Source of the DNA: Bdellovibrio sp.
Lineage (GTDB): Bacteria; Bdellovibrionota; Bdellovibrionia; Bdellovibrionales; Bdellovibrionaceae
NCBI GenBank assembly: GCA_036677065.1
Contig: JAKFBS010000003.1
Coordinates: 96,001-160,000 of the forward strand
Length of the DNA: 64,000 nt
Reading direction: 5' to 3'
How positions within the stretch are numbered: position 1 is the first letter of the stretch; each line of letters begins with the position of its first letter. The notes below the pieces were generated by a model. It saw nothing but the letters and a program-made list of their open reading frames with translations. It was not told where the DNA came from and made no database searches. Shown one piece after another: positions 29,199 through 41,600 of this stretch. The position numbers and the translations under genes were made by a program.

Positions 29199-30332
29199 TT
29201 GGCAGACGAAGGTCAAGACGACAAGACAGAACAGGCCACGGATAGCCGCCGGGAAGAATTCCGTAAGCGCGGACAAGTGGCTATGACCAGAGAACTGGGT
29301 ACAGCGCTAGTGTTTATAGCGACTGCGGGTCTATTGTATGCGATGTCTCGTTTTTTCTTTACCAATATCGCTGAAGTATTCAATGTGAGCTTCGGTTATT
29401 CGATGGTTAAATTTGCCAAAGCTGGTGAATTTAATGATCTATTATGGTTTGCCGGTGGTAAATTAGTTTTATTAATCAGCCCTGTTATGTTTGGGGCTTT
29501 AGTTATTGGTGTAGCATCAAACTTGATCCAAACCGGATTTTTACAAGTTGAAGATGCGTTAAGTATGAATCTTAGCCGATTAAATCCGTTATCAGCGATC
29601 GGCAGAATTTTTTCGATGAAGGGGCTTGGCGAATTAGTTAAATCCATGCTGAAGATGGTCGTGGTTGGTTGGACCATGTACTTGTTATTAAAATCTGAAA
29701 TAAACCAAATTCCTGTTTTATCCAGCTATGCTATCCCAGAAATTTTTGCTTATTTAGGGCGTGTTGTTTTTAAACTTTTAATGGGCACAGGCATCTTCAT
29801 GTTAGTGATCGCTATTGCGGATTACTTTTTTCAGCGCTGGCAGTTAGAGCGCGAAATGATGATGAGCAAACAAGAAATCAAAGAAGAACACAAATCGCGC
29901 GAGGGTGATCCGATGATCAAAGCGCGCATCCGTAAAATTCAACGTGAAATTTCACAACGTAAAATGATGCAAAATATTCCGAAAGCCGATGTGATCATCA
30001 CAAATCCGACGCACATTGCAGTAGCGTTACGTTATTCTGATAAATTGCCGGCGCCGCAACTTATCGGTAAGGGCGCTGACTTCATGGCTGAAAAAATTAA
30101 AGAATTAGCGCGCCTGCATAATATTCCGGTGATTGAAAATAAACCGCTGGCCCGCACCATTTTTAAAACGATGAAAGTGGGCCAAGTGATTCCGCGTGAA
30201 CTGTTTGTCGCGGTGGCTGAAATTTTATCTTATGTATTAAGACTTAAACGTAAACGCAAAGCGCGTAGAACTCAGAACACAGCGCAAAGACCACAAAGTA
30301 CTAGAACGAATAACCCAGGGCCTTTTGCCTAA
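29199..30332 (+). CDS. flhB: flagellar export switch FlhB
   Basis: DKTE.AT, EGDP, NPTH autocleavage motif; TTG start after AGGA. Confidence 0.95.
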   Translation: MADEGQDDKTEQATDSRREEFRKRGQVAMTRELGTALVFIATAGLLYAMSRFFFTNIAEVFNVSFGYSMVKFAKAGEFNDLLWFAGGKLVLLISPVMFGALVIGVASNLIQTGFLQVEDALSMNLSRLNPLSAIGRIFSMKGLGELVKSMLKMVVVGWTMYLLLKSEINQIPVLSSYAIPEIFAYLGRVVFKLLMGTGIFMLVIAIADYFFQRWQLEREMMMSKQEIKEEHKSREGDPMIKARIRKIQREISQRKMMQNIPKADVIITNPTHIAVALRYSDKLPAPQLIGKGADFMAEKIKELARLHNIPVIENKPLARTIFKTMKVGQVIPRELFVAVAEILSYVLRLKRKRKARRTQNTAQRPQSTRTNNPGPFA

Positions 30333-30345
30333 GAAGGATTAGCAG

Positions 30346-32433
30346 ATGGAAGATATTTTTCAGTTTGTTAAAAGATTTGATAAGTACACTAAGAACACTG
30401 ACCTGTTCGTAGCGATTGCTATTTTAATTGTTTTAGGTGTGATGATTATCCCCATGCCGGCAATCATGTTAGATGTTGGGTTAACGCTTTCTTTAGCATT
30501 AAGCGTGTTAATTTTATTAACAGCGATTTATACGACAAAAGCCTTAGATTTTTCTTCGTTTCCGTCATTACTTTTAATGACGACTCTTTTTCGATTAGCA
30601 CTGAATGTCGCAACCACGCGTTTAATTTTGACTGATGGTCATCAGGGTGAAAAAGCGGCAGGGGCTGTGATTCATGCATTCGCCAGTGTGGTTGTGGGTG
30701 ACAGTTACGTTATTGGGCTTGTCGTGTTCGTGATCTTAGTTGTGATCAACTTCGTCGTAATCACCAAGGGTTCTGGGCGCGTGGCCGAAGTTGCTGCACG
30801 TTTCACATTAGATGCAATGCCAGGTAAACAAATGGCCATCGATGCAGAATTAAATGCCGGTGTTATTAATGAAGGCGAAGCTAAAAGACGTCGTAAAGAA
30901 ATTGAGCGCGAAGCTGACTTTTACGGATCGATGGATGGTGCCTCGAAATTCGTTCGTGGTGATGCTATTGCGGGTATTATTATTACTATCGTGAATGTTA
31001 TTGGTGGTTTATTAATCGGGGTTCTGCAAAAAGACTTAGATATCGCGACTGCGGCTAAGAACTACACGTTATTAACAATCGGTGATGGTTTATTAGCACA
31101 GATTCCCGCACTTATTATTTCAACTGCAGCCGGTATTATCGTAACCCGCAGTGGCAGTGAAGAAAACATGGGTGCTGAAGTTACGGGTCAGTTATTAACT
31201 AATCCAAAACCAATCTATGCTTCTGCCGGGGTGTTTGGTGTGTTAGCGATTATTCCTGGTTTGCCAACATTACCGTTTGTTGGAATGGGTATGGCGATGG
31301 CTGCTTTTGCCTGGGTTTTATCTCAGTACAAAAATGAAAAAGTTGTCGAAGAAAAAAGAAAAGCTGATCTTGAATTGGCGGCTCCTAGAAAAGAACAAAT
31401 TGATGGAGTTCAGGGCGTTGATATGCTTGAACTTGAAGTGGGTTATGGGCTAATTAAAGTTGTTGATTCAACTAAAGCCGGCGATTTATTAGAGCGTATT
31501 ACTTCAATCAGAAAACAATTTGCTTTAGATATGGGAATTCTGGTTCCAAGTATTCATATCAGAGATAATTTAACATTAGCTCCGGGTGAATACCGTTTTA
31601 TGATTAAAGGTAATAAAGTCGGCGGCGGAAACCTTAAACCAGACATGTTAATGGCGATGGATCCAGGTAATATCACAGCTAAAGTTGATGGGATTCCGAC
31701 AAAAGAGCCTGCATTCGGCCTGGATGCTTTATGGGTTAGCCAAAATAATAAAGAAACGGCTGAAATGGCCGGTTACACAGTGGTGGATCTTCCAACTGTG
31801 ATTGCGACACATTTAACTGAAATGATTCGTACGCATGCGCATGAATTATTAGGTCGCCAAGAGGCTTCTACATTAATTGATAATTTCAAAAAAACACATC
31901 CAAAAGTTGTCGAAGATCTTATTCCAGACACTTTATCTTTGGGTGGTGTGGTTAAAGTTATGCAAAACTTACTTAAAGAACAAGTTTCAATACGTGATTT
32001 ATACACGATCTTTGAAACTTTAGCAGATGATGGCGTGCGCACCAAAGATATCGATTTATTAACTGAATCAGTTCGTAAACAGTTATCGCGTTCAATCACG
32101 GCAAAATATGTTTCTGATGATGGCGCAATGTCAGTGATGACTTTAGATCCTCGTTTAGAAGAATTAGTTTCAAATGCTTTGCTGCAAACTGAACAAGGCG
32201 TGCAATTAGTGATGGATCCGCAGTCGGCTTCTAAAATGATTTCAAATATTGCGCAGCAAATTGAAACTCATCCTGAAATTGCAGGCCAGCCGATCTTACT
32301 TACGAGCCCAACAGTTCGTCGTCATTTATTTAAATTATTATCAAGATTTATTCCGCAATTAATTGTGCTTTCGCACAGTGAAGTTTCGCCGGAAGCACAA
32401 GTTCAATCGGTAGCATCAGTAGGGGTAGCGTAG
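30346..32433 (+). CDS. flhA: flagellar export protein FlhA
   Basis: RVAEVAARFTLDAMPGKQMAIDA, FYGSMDGASKFVRGDAIAG. Confidence 0.97.
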   Translation: MEDIFQFVKRFDKYTKNTDLFVAIAILIVLGVMIIPMPAIMLDVGLTLSLALSVLILLTAIYTTKALDFSSFPSLLLMTTLFRLALNVATTRLILTDGHQGEKAAGAVIHAFASVVVGDSYVIGLVVFVILVVINFVVITKGSGRVAEVAARFTLDAMPGKQMAIDAELNAGVINEGEAKRRRKEIEREADFYGSMDGASKFVRGDAIAGIIITIVNVIGGLLIGVLQKDLDIATAAKNYTLLTIGDGLLAQIPALIISTAAGIIVTRSGSEENMGAEVTGQLLTNPKPIYASAGVFGVLAIIPGLPTLPFVGMGMAMAAFAWVLSQYKNEKVVEEKRKADLELAAPRKEQIDGVQGVDMLELEVGYGLIKVVDSTKAGDLLERITSIRKQFALDMGILVPSIHIRDNLTLAPGEYRFMIKGNKVGGGNLKPDMLMAMDPGNITAKVDGIPTKEPAFGLDALWVSQNNKETAEMAGYTVVDLPTVIATHLTEMIRTHAHELLGRQEASTLIDNFKKTHPKVVEDLIPDTLSLGGVVKVMQNLLKEQVSIRDLYTIFETLADDGVRTKDIDLLTESVRKQLSRSITAKYVSDDGAMSVMTLDPRLEELVSNALLQTEQGVQLVMDPQSASKMISNIAQQIETHPEIAGQPILLTSPTVRRHLFKLLSRFIPQLIVLSHSEVSPEAQVQSVASVGVA

Positions 32434-32434
32434 T

Positions 32435-33817
32435 ATGCAGATCAAAAAATTCGAAGCTAGATCAATGAAAGAAGCCTTAGAGTTAGTAAAAACTCAGTTA
32501 GGCCCTGATGCAGTTATCTTGTCGGCTAAAGAAGTGACAAAGGGATTTGGCTTAGGTGGTGAAAAAAGTATCGAGATCACCGCAGCTTATTCTGAAAACG
32601 TTTTACAGCATAGAAAGTATGTTGAATCAAAAATGCCAACGCAGACACGTGAAGCCTTTAAAACGGCATCTGCTCGTCTCCAAAAAGAAACGATGCAGAA
32701 ATCAATTGAACAAAGATTGCAACAAATGCAACGTGAAGAAACTCGTAAAAAGCCAATGATTCCTACGACGATGACTCAACGTCGTTATGTTGACATTGAT
32801 CGTGAAGACACTGTAGCTCAGGCTCCTGTTGCTGCGCCGCCGTCGAAATATAATCCGACGCCGAAATTAACTCAGCAAGCGCAATCGTCTTTTAATAATT
32901 TAGAAGTCGATCAATTGAAATCTGAAATTGATCAGTTAAAAAACTTACTTGGTCAGTTTAAACAAATGCCACAAGGCTTTGTACAGGCTCACCCAGGTGC
33001 TGAACAAGGCGTGAATTACAACTTAAGTTCATACTATTCAATGTTAACACGTAAAGGATTATTACCTGAAGTGGCAGCCGAAATTTTAATTCAGGCACAA
33101 ACTCAAATTACTCCCGATAAACAAAATCAAAAAGCCATCATTGAAGCCTACATTGCAAGATACATTTTAAAATCAGTTCCGGTGGCGCAAGAAAACTTTG
33201 AACAATTTCATTTGTTCATGGGCCCATCTGGTTCGGGTAAAACTTCGACAATGATTAAATACGCCAGTGATTTAGTTTTAAATCATAAAAAACGCGTGGC
33301 TTTAATTTCAACAGACACGATTAAAATCGGTGCTGATGAACAAATGAAAATTTTTGCTCAGATTTTAAATTTACCGTTTATTTCGATTCGGTCTGAGGCT
33401 GACTGGTTTAAAGTTATTCCTTATTTGAGTCAGGTAGATCATGTGCTTGTCGATTTCGCTTCTTTGAATTTAAAGGCAGCTGACGAAATTCGTTATATCA
33501 AAAAAATGATGCCGCCGACATCAGAGCCGGTGCGCACACATTTAGTGTTATCGGCAATGTCAAAAGACGCAGATTTATTAGAAGTGCACAGACGTTATCA
33601 GGCTTTAGAAGTTTCAGATGTGATCTTTACATCTCTTGATGAAGCTTCAATGCATGGAAACATTTATAATTTTATCCAAAAAACCAGAGCTCCAATATTC
33701 GCCTTCGGCATTGGCTCTAGAACACCGGAAGACTTTGAACGTGCGACTGCTGAGCGCGTTTTAGATTTAATTTTAAACATCACCGGTTCAAAAGCAGAAA
33801 CAGGAATGAACTTATGA
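32435..33817 (+). CDS. flhF: flagellar SRP-like GTPase FlhF
   Basis: MQIKKFEA…LGPDAVILS N-terminus; GPSGSGKT; G..PED. Confidence 0.9.
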   Translation: MQIKKFEARSMKEALELVKTQLGPDAVILSAKEVTKGFGLGGEKSIEITAAYSENVLQHRKYVESKMPTQTREAFKTASARLQKETMQKSIEQRLQQMQREETRKKPMIPTTMTQRRYVDIDREDTVAQAPVAAPPSKYNPTPKLTQQAQSSFNNLEVDQLKSEIDQLKNLLGQFKQMPQGFVQAHPGAEQGVNYNLSSYYSMLTRKGLLPEVAAEILIQAQTQITPDKQNQKAIIEAYIARYILKSVPVAQENFEQFHLFMGPSGSGKTSTMIKYASDLVLNHKKRVALISTDTIKIGADEQMKIFAQILNLPFISIRSEADWFKVIPYLSQVDHVLVDFASLNLKAADEIRYIKKMMPPTSEPVRTHLVLSAMSKDADLLEVHRRYQALEVSDVIFTSLDEASMHGNIYNFIQKTRAPIFAFGIGSRTPEDFERATAERVLDLILNITGSKAETGMNL

Positions 33818-34659
33818 GAATAATTGCTATCAGTTCGGGAAAAGGCGGAGTTGGTAAAACCACTTTGTCTTGTAATTTAGGTATCGCTATCGCAGAACAA
33901 AATAAAAGAGTTCTAATGATCGACGGCGATATGGGTTTAGCCAATGTCGATATTCACTTTGGCGTACGCCCTTTGCAGCATTTAGGCGATGTGCTTAAAG
34001 GTAAATCGATCAAAGAATGTATTACACCTTTATATAAAAATATTGATTTGATGGCGGGTGGCAGTGGCTTAGTTGAATTGACTCACTTAAACGCTTTTCA
34101 GCGCCGTGAATTAATTAATCAGGTGCAAGATATGCAATTTTCATATGACTATGCGATTATTGATACGGCCTCAGGAATTTATGAACACGTGTTGCATTTA
34201 AATGCTGTAGCTGATGAATGCATTATCGTTCTTACGCAAGACCCATCAAGCTTTGCTGATGCGTACGCGATGATTAAAGTTCTACATCAAAAATATAAAT
34301 TACAAAATTTTAAAATCGTTTGTAACCAAATGAAGGGTATGAAGGGCGAAGCTCTCTTCATTAAGTTTGCCGAAGTGGTTGAAAGATTTTTATCTGTACG
34401 TCTTAGTTTGCTTGGTAGTCTTCCGTTTGATGAGAATTTACAGAAGTACCAACAGCAACAGCGTACTATTATGAGACAAAACGCGCCTTCTGAAACTGCA
34501 AATATTTTCAGACAAATTGCTGTCGAAATATTAGCCGAAGCTGCTCAGGGCGGGGCTCGCGACTCATTTTCAGAGAATACAGGTCACGCCGGTGAATCGG
34601 CAGGCCAAAAGACCAGTGGGTTGGCAGCTATCTTCAGACCAGCCACAGGTCATGCTTAA
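33814..34659 (+). CDS. flhG: MinD-like ATPase FlhG/FleN
   Basis: SGKGGVGKT, DGDMGLANVD, DAYAMIK. Confidence 0.9.
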   Translation: MRIIAISSGKGGVGKTTLSCNLGIAIAEQNKRVLMIDGDMGLANVDIHFGVRPLQHLGDVLKGKSIKECITPLYKNIDLMAGGSGLVELTHLNAFQRRELINQVQDMQFSYDYAIIDTASGIYEHVLHLNAVADECIIVLTQDPSSFADAYAMIKVLHQKYKLQNFKIVCNQMKGMKGEALFIKFAEVVERFLSVRLSLLGSLPFDENLQKYQQQQRTIMRQNAPSETANIFRQIAVEILAEAAQGGARDSFSENTGHAGESAGQKTSGLAAIFRPATGHA

Positions 34660-34740
34660 TCGATAAAATAATTATTGGACTATCGGAACTGAACAAAGTT
34701 TCGGTAAACTATAGATGATACGCACGAGGGGTAAAATTGA

Positions 34741-35526
34741 ATGTCTAAAGCTAATCTACTGAAAAAGTACTCTAAAGATGAGCCTAAAAAAATTAAGCGC
34801 GAGCAAAAAGAAGAGCTTATTAAAGAGTATGCGCCGCTTATTCGTTTTGTGGCGCAAAAAATTGCAGTACGTTTACCACCGAACATCGACATCGATGATT
34901 TAATTTCTGCAGGTGCGATTGGTTTAATGGATGCTATCGATAAATGGGATCCAACTCGTGATAATAAATTTAAAACTTATGCTGAATTTCGTATTCGTGG
35001 TGCGATCTTAGATGAATTACGTTCACAAGATTGGATTCCGCGTTCAGTGCGTGATAAATCAAAAGCTTTAGATCGTACGATCACTGCCTTAGAATCAGAA
35101 TTAGGCCGTTCTCCGACTGACGAAGAGATCTCTGCGCGTTTAAATATGCCGATCGAAGAATTTCATGATTTAATTAATCAAGTTCGTCCGGTCAGTTTAT
35201 TATCTATTGATGATCAACCTTCATTTAGCGATTCAGATAAAAAATCTATCGTGAATTTATTAGAAGGTGCTAAATCACATAATCCATTTAATCAGTTAAA
35301 CGTTAAAGTGGTCAAAGATGTTGTCGCTAAAGCGATCGAAGATCTGCCAGAGCGCCAGCGTTTAGTGTTATCATTATATTACTTCGAAGATCTGAATTTA
35401 AAAGAGATCGGACAAGTCTTACGTGTAACTGAATCACGTGTTTCGCAGTTACATGCGCAAGCGGTATTGCGCTTACGTGCTAAACTTGCAGCTTCAATTG
35501 AAGCCGGCGAGTTAGAAGCTATTTAG
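34741..35526 (+). CDS. fliA: RNA polymerase sigma28 FliA
   Basis: FKTYAEFRIRGAILDELR..DW.PRS; LKEIG.VL.VTESRVSQLH. Confidence 0.95.
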   Translation: MSKANLLKKYSKDEPKKIKREQKEELIKEYAPLIRFVAQKIAVRLPPNIDIDDLISAGAIGLMDAIDKWDPTRDNKFKTYAEFRIRGAILDELRSQDWIPRSVRDKSKALDRTITALESELGRSPTDEEISARLNMPIEEFHDLINQVRPVSLLSIDDQPSFSDSDKKSIVNLLEGAKSHNPFNQLNVKVVKDVVAKAIEDLPERQRLVLSLYYFEDLNLKEIGQVLRVTESRVSQLHAQAVLRLRAKLAASIEAGELEAI

Positions 35527-35560
35527 CTGTCATTTACTTTGCCAAAGTCCAGTCATTCGC

Positions 35561-35589
35561 ACTTGTTGTTTCATCTTGATACAACAAGT
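35561..35589. promoter_or_regulatory. inverted repeat after fliA (hairpin or palindromic site)
   Basis: ACTTGTTGT-N11-ACAACAAGT containing GTTTCA-TCT-TGATAC. Confidence 0.45.
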
Positions 35590-35657
35590 CTTTTAAAAAC
35601 GATCTCATGTCGCGTTTAGCGGCATGAAATTGGCTGAAATTTTTCTGCGACAAAACT

Positions 35658-35684
35658 TCATAAATTCGTCAAATATTCCGACAC
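35658..35684 (+). promoter_or_regulatory. sigma28-type promoter of fibre gene 1
   Basis: TCAT-N15-TCCGACAC; near-identical copy before fibre gene 2. Confidence 0.55.
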
Positions 35685-35691
35685 GTTAGCT

Positions 35692-38600
35692 GTGGAACGT
35701 ACATGTCGGCAGAATAAAATTCTGAATCACAATTATTTTCTATTTTTTGTGTTTACCCTGTTAAACATGGCATTCGCATTTGCAGGCCCTTCGCGCACAA
35801 CTTATCAGGCAAAAATTATTAAGCCAGATGGTTATCCTCTTGAAGCTTCAACTGTTAATTTTAAATTCACGATTTTAGATCCGGTAGGAAGTTGTATTTT
35901 ATACGCTGAAACTTATTCGAATGTGAATATGGGTTCAACAGCAGGCTTAGTTTCATTTTCATTAGGCAGTGGAGTGCGAACGTTTCCAGTCAGCGGCAGC
36001 ACATTCGAGCAAGTGTTCAGTAACACAACGGCATCGCTGCCTTGTGATGCGGGTGGCCCGGGAACTTACTCTCCGTTAGCTACAGACACGCGCCGGGTTG
36101 TGATGCAGTTTCATGATGGTAATGGTTGGCAAACATTACCGGCAATGACAATCAACGCCGTTCCTTACGCGATGTATGCCAATGACTCTTTAAAGTTTAG
36201 TGGCAAAGACATTACTGATTTTGTCCAAGTGGCAAGTTTACCAACATGTACAGCCAGTGAAGCCGTGCGCTTTAACGGCGCAGGATTTTCTTGTGTGGCT
36301 GTTGGTAATCCCAATGTAAGTGTGACTTCGAGTTCGGTGATCGCAGCATTGGGCTATACTCCGGCAGATGGCGCCGATGTGACTTCGACGTTAAGTTCAG
36401 TTTCATCAACAGTATTTTCGGTTTCAAGCACAGTCACAAGTTTACAAAATTCTGTGACCGCAAGTTTTGCCACGATCACCAGTTCACAGTGGATTGCAAG
36501 CGGAACAAGTATTTCTTACTCTTCGGGAAATGTTGGAATCGGAACGAGTGATCCGCAACGCCGCTTTGTAGTTCGTGCTGACAGTAACGGTACTCTGACT
36601 AATTCTGCATTTTACAATGGAGACACCACAAACAACAATGCTGTTGTGCTTTCATTGCGAACCGACACAACTGGATCAAGTGCTGTAGCTTTTCATCAAG
36701 CTGCAGGAATTTCAGTAATAGTCACTGAACATAATCACAACACGCGTAATGCAAACTTAGGCTTTTACACTGACTCAGCATCTTCACCATCGGCGTTGCG
36801 TATGAATATTACGGGCACGGGTAATGTGGGTATTGGTTTAGCCAATCCGATCACAAAACTTGATGTCGCTGGTGGGGTTCGTTTAGGTGCTGAAGCTGCA
36901 ACTTGTTCTGCAGCTTATGCGGGTACACTCAGATATAATTCTGGTGTTGTCGAATACTGTAACGGAACAACCTGGGTAACATTCGGTGTTTCGGGTGCAG
37001 GTATTTTAGCTATTAACGGCTTAGTCTCTGGATCACAAACTTTTGCTCTGGGAGCTTCTGGCGTCGCGCCAAATGTTTCTTCAACTGGAACTGTTCACAC
37101 TTTTAATTTTCCGTTGGCTTCAACTGCAGCAACAACTGCAGGATTGATTTCGTATAATGATTATTTAAATTTTTCAAATAAACAATCAGCCACAAGTGCA
37201 GCTGTCGTTGCCACACTTGGTTACACACCGGCTAATGTTGTCAGTGTGACAACGCTTTCTTCGACGATATCAAGTTTATCTGTAACTACAGCAGCAAGTT
37301 TTGCAGCGATTACAAGTTCACAATGGGTCAGCAGCGGAAGCACGATTCATTACAACAATGGCAATGTCGGCATCGGAACAACTTCGCCGAACTCAAAATT
37401 ACATGTTGGCTATTCAGTGGTAAATGATGCAGTCAATACCTTAGCCAGTTTTGGTTATTCGACTTTGCAGAATCGTTCGATCAATATTCAAAGTATTGGT
37501 AATTTTTCGACCAATGATCAATATATATTATTAAGTGGTACTTTAGGTTCAGGTTCAGTTGTCGGAACGCCGACGTTGACATCGGCGTTCGCGCCGTCGT
37601 TCGGTCTTGAAGCAAACAATACCGGGATGAGCCTGATCACTGCAAACTGGGGAACAGACATGGCTCCGGTGCGTGCTTTAACTGTAGCTCCTACAGGCAA
37701 CGTCGGTATCGGTACAAGTTCACCGACGCAAAAATTACAAGTGCAAGATGGCAAAATTTTAGCTACAGGTGCTGGTGGTTTTTACCAAGTGGGTGCAGAT
37801 ACAAGTGATTCAAATCTGGGTAAGGTTTCATTTCACGGTACCAGCACAAATACCACAGGTCAGTACTGGACAGGTTTAGCTTACAGCAATGGAAGCGGTT
37901 GGATGTCTGTAGGTGGCGGCACGAGTTTAAATCTATATTTAGATTCAGGCAGCAGCCCTAGTTATGGCAGTCATGTATTTCGCAAAGTCGGTTGGGATGG
38001 TTCGAATCGCACCTTAACAGAACAAATGCGCTTAGATTATCTTGGCAATTTAGGTCTTGGTGTTGCAAATCCTACAGCGAAATTACATTTAACATCAGGA
38101 ACATCAGTCACTGCGGCTTTAAGATTTACAGCATCGACATTAACCACTGCTGCCCAAACCGGAGCGATGGAATATGATGGGGCAAATTTTTATTTAACAG
38201 ACGCATCAAATAATCGTCGCGCGATTGCAACGGGTTCAAGTTCTGGCTCAATTGATAATGCTTCAATCATTAATTCGACAGGAAACATTTCGATGGTTCC
38301 TGTGGGATCAGTCATTGTTTCAAGTACAACATCATCAACAAGCACTAGTACAGGAGCTTTGATTGTCAAAGGTGGCGCCGGTATTGCCGGTGATATTAAT
38401 GTCGGCGGCTCTATCACTGGCAGCAACACTGGCCAAATTGATTTTGCGGGTAACTTAGGTGATGGCAGTGGTGGTATGCGCCTTTCAAGTGTTGGCAGTG
38501 TGGATGTCGCCATTGATACTGATAACAACGATACGATTCGCCAGTTCAGAGTTATGACTAACGGCAGTGACCGTGCAAGTGCTACGACATTAATGGCCGT

Positions 38601-41600
38601 TACTGAAGCGGGTAATGTGGGTATCGGCACAACGGCCCCTTTGGTTGCTCTAGATGTTGTAGGTACGTTTCGTTTGGCCACATCTGTAAGTTCAGCCTCA
38701 AACATTGAAATGGGTAACATGATTTACGGAAGTTTAAACCCAGGGGTTTCAACTTCAAATGGGGCTTACATTCAAGGTCCATCGAATGGATCGTTAGTGG
38801 TCGATATCAGAAATAATCAAATTGATGACGCCTTTGCAATTCGTTATTCGGCATCAAACACCGGGGTAGTTGATAGCATTGGTATGGTATTAAATGGCCA
38901 AGGTCGTATGGGTATCGGTACATCTTCACCAACACGCGTTTTAGAAGTTTTTCAGGCTGACACGTCGACTGAGCTCGGCGCATTTATTAATGCAAATTCT
39001 GTTTCAAACACGACTGCCGGTGCGCTGGTTCGAATTCATAATACGTCTCCGGTTGATAACAAAACTGTTTTCAGATTAGGAAAAAGAAATTCAGCAGATA
39101 CGTTATTTAATTATGGTGATTTCAGATTAAATAATGCAGGTGATATCGAATTCGCTGTGGGGACCGGTACTCCGAGTTTAAGTGTGCCCGAAATGGTTTT
39201 ATCTTCTGGCGGAAACCTGGGTATCGGAACTTCAGCTCCGGCTTCGCGCTTACATGTTTTTGATAACGGTCCCGTTTTGTTAACGCTTGAACGTCAGAAT
39301 AATCAAAACAGTTTGATTGAGTATAAAAATTCTCTCGGAAGCATTTATGCAGGACAAATAAATGGAACAACCAGTTGGGGCGTCGGATCAGGCCTTGATT
39401 TAGGGGTCACAGGAATTTTTCAGGTTACAAATACCGGTCGAGTTTATATTGGTGGAACTATAACACCAACAGCGCGATTACATATTACACCAGGAACTTC
39501 TTCAGTAGCGCCGCTTAAATTAGGTCTTGGCGTTTTATTAACTTCACCACAATCGGGAACGATCGAATACGATGGCACTGATTATTACGTGACTGATAAT
39601 TCTGGCATTCGCCGTACAATTGCAACAGCAACTACGGGCGGAGTATTAACAAACACAAATACAGTGTCATCAACTTCTGGAATTGTACTATGGCCTGCGG
39701 CAGGTAATTCAGTTACAGTTTCTTCAACAGTAGCTTCAACAAATTCTTCAACAGGTGCTTTAATTGTGAATGGCGGAGCAGGTATTGCTGGCGCATTAAA
39801 TGTTGGTGGTATCATCAGCGGTTCTGCGATAATTAAAGGAACTGGTTTTAGAGCGAATCAAGGTGCACCAGATGCAGGGGATTCCTCAACTGTCGGTTAC
39901 GCCTTCGGTGCTGATGGTGACACGGGGATTTTCTCTCCGGGCTCAGGTTCAGCTAACGGGCAGCTATCATTTTATTCAAACAATGGCGAACGCATGCGTA
40001 TGACGGCCAGTGGTGCTTTGGGTATCGGGCAGATTCCGACAGCGCAATTGCATGTTTTTGAAAATACAACTTTAGGAACCGGTTTTGGTTCGTATGATTT
40101 AAACAATGCAGTTCTTCGTGTGCAAGAAGCAGCTGGCAATGGATTATTTGTTGACGGAAATAGTATACTTAGTGATGTGGCCGGTGGATTTTCTGTCGGA
40201 ACAATTCAAGCTCAGCCAATTATATTCGGTACAAGCGATACCGAAAGAATGCGTCTTAATGCCAACGGCAATGTCGGTATTGGAGCTACAAATCCGAATC
40301 GCATGTTACATATTGCTACTTCTGGTAATAGCACAGGGGTATTAATTGAAGATAATGTGGCGGCTAATACAGCTCCTTATTTGGAAATTCGTGGTAACCG
40401 TAATGATGGAAATATATATTCGAATTTTGCCGGGCAAGTTGTATTAACTAAAAATCGAACTGATGCGGCCATCAATACAGGCAGTCATTTGGGGCGATTG
40501 GCATTTGGTGGTAATCACACAGACGGAAACATTACTAATATTGGCTACACAGCATCTATCATAGGTATTGCTGAAGGTAATTTTAATTCGGCAGCTGATA
40601 TGCCAACTGGTATTGCATTCTTAACGGGAGATACTTCTAATCACCCATCAACTAACAATGTAAATATCGGCAGCGAGCGTATGCGTATTACTTCGACTGG
40701 TAATATCGGTATTGGAACGTCGGCGCCAGCAGCTAAACTTGATGTAAGGCTTGGTGCAACTTCGAGTTCAGTCATTGCTATAAGTGAATCAGATGAGCAG
40801 GGATTTGTGGTTGGTGGAAACCTTATCGGCAACGGGGTTGAGAATAGAGTATTTATTGGTCGTACAGGCTATTCGATTGATTCAGCTACTTGGAATAACC
40901 CACTCGAGCTAGTCTCTATCAAAGCAAATGGCTACGTCGGCCTGGGTTCATCAAATCCGGCATCGATTTTATCAGTCGAACAAAATACAAATGCCGATAC
41001 TTTTGTGAATATAACAAATAATAATTCAGGCACTTTAGCCAGAGCCGGCGTCGTCATGACGAACAGCGGTTCGACCTACGGTTCTAATTCTGCAGGTGTA
41101 TTACTTGGTGGCGTGTCGAGCACGACTGCGCTAAATCAGTTAGCGCTTTTTTCTAATAGCGGTATTGTCAGCGGTATCAATATATCGGCAAGCGCTGGCG
41201 GCATTAGATTGTCTACCGGCGCGATCGAAAGAATGCGAGTCGACAGTACAGGCTATGTGGGTATCGGAACAACTTCTCCCACGGCACAATTACAAATTGG
41301 TAAACAAGAAGCTGCAGCCGGAACTTCCGGCACCATTACTCGTATGGCCATTCACCCTTACGGTCACACAGGTGGCCCATGGAAAATAGACGCACGTGAT
41401 CTGGGAGCTGATGCATTTTTAGATTTGAATTACGGTGCAGGCCAAGTAATGACTTTTGAAAACGATGGCAAAGTCGGTATTGGAACGGTCACGCCAACGC
41501 AAAAACTGCACGTCAGCGGCAGTGTACAAATTAATGGTGATATCTATGGTGGTCTATACGGTGGCACACGCGCGATCTGGCGCTTTAGCACAGCTGATCC

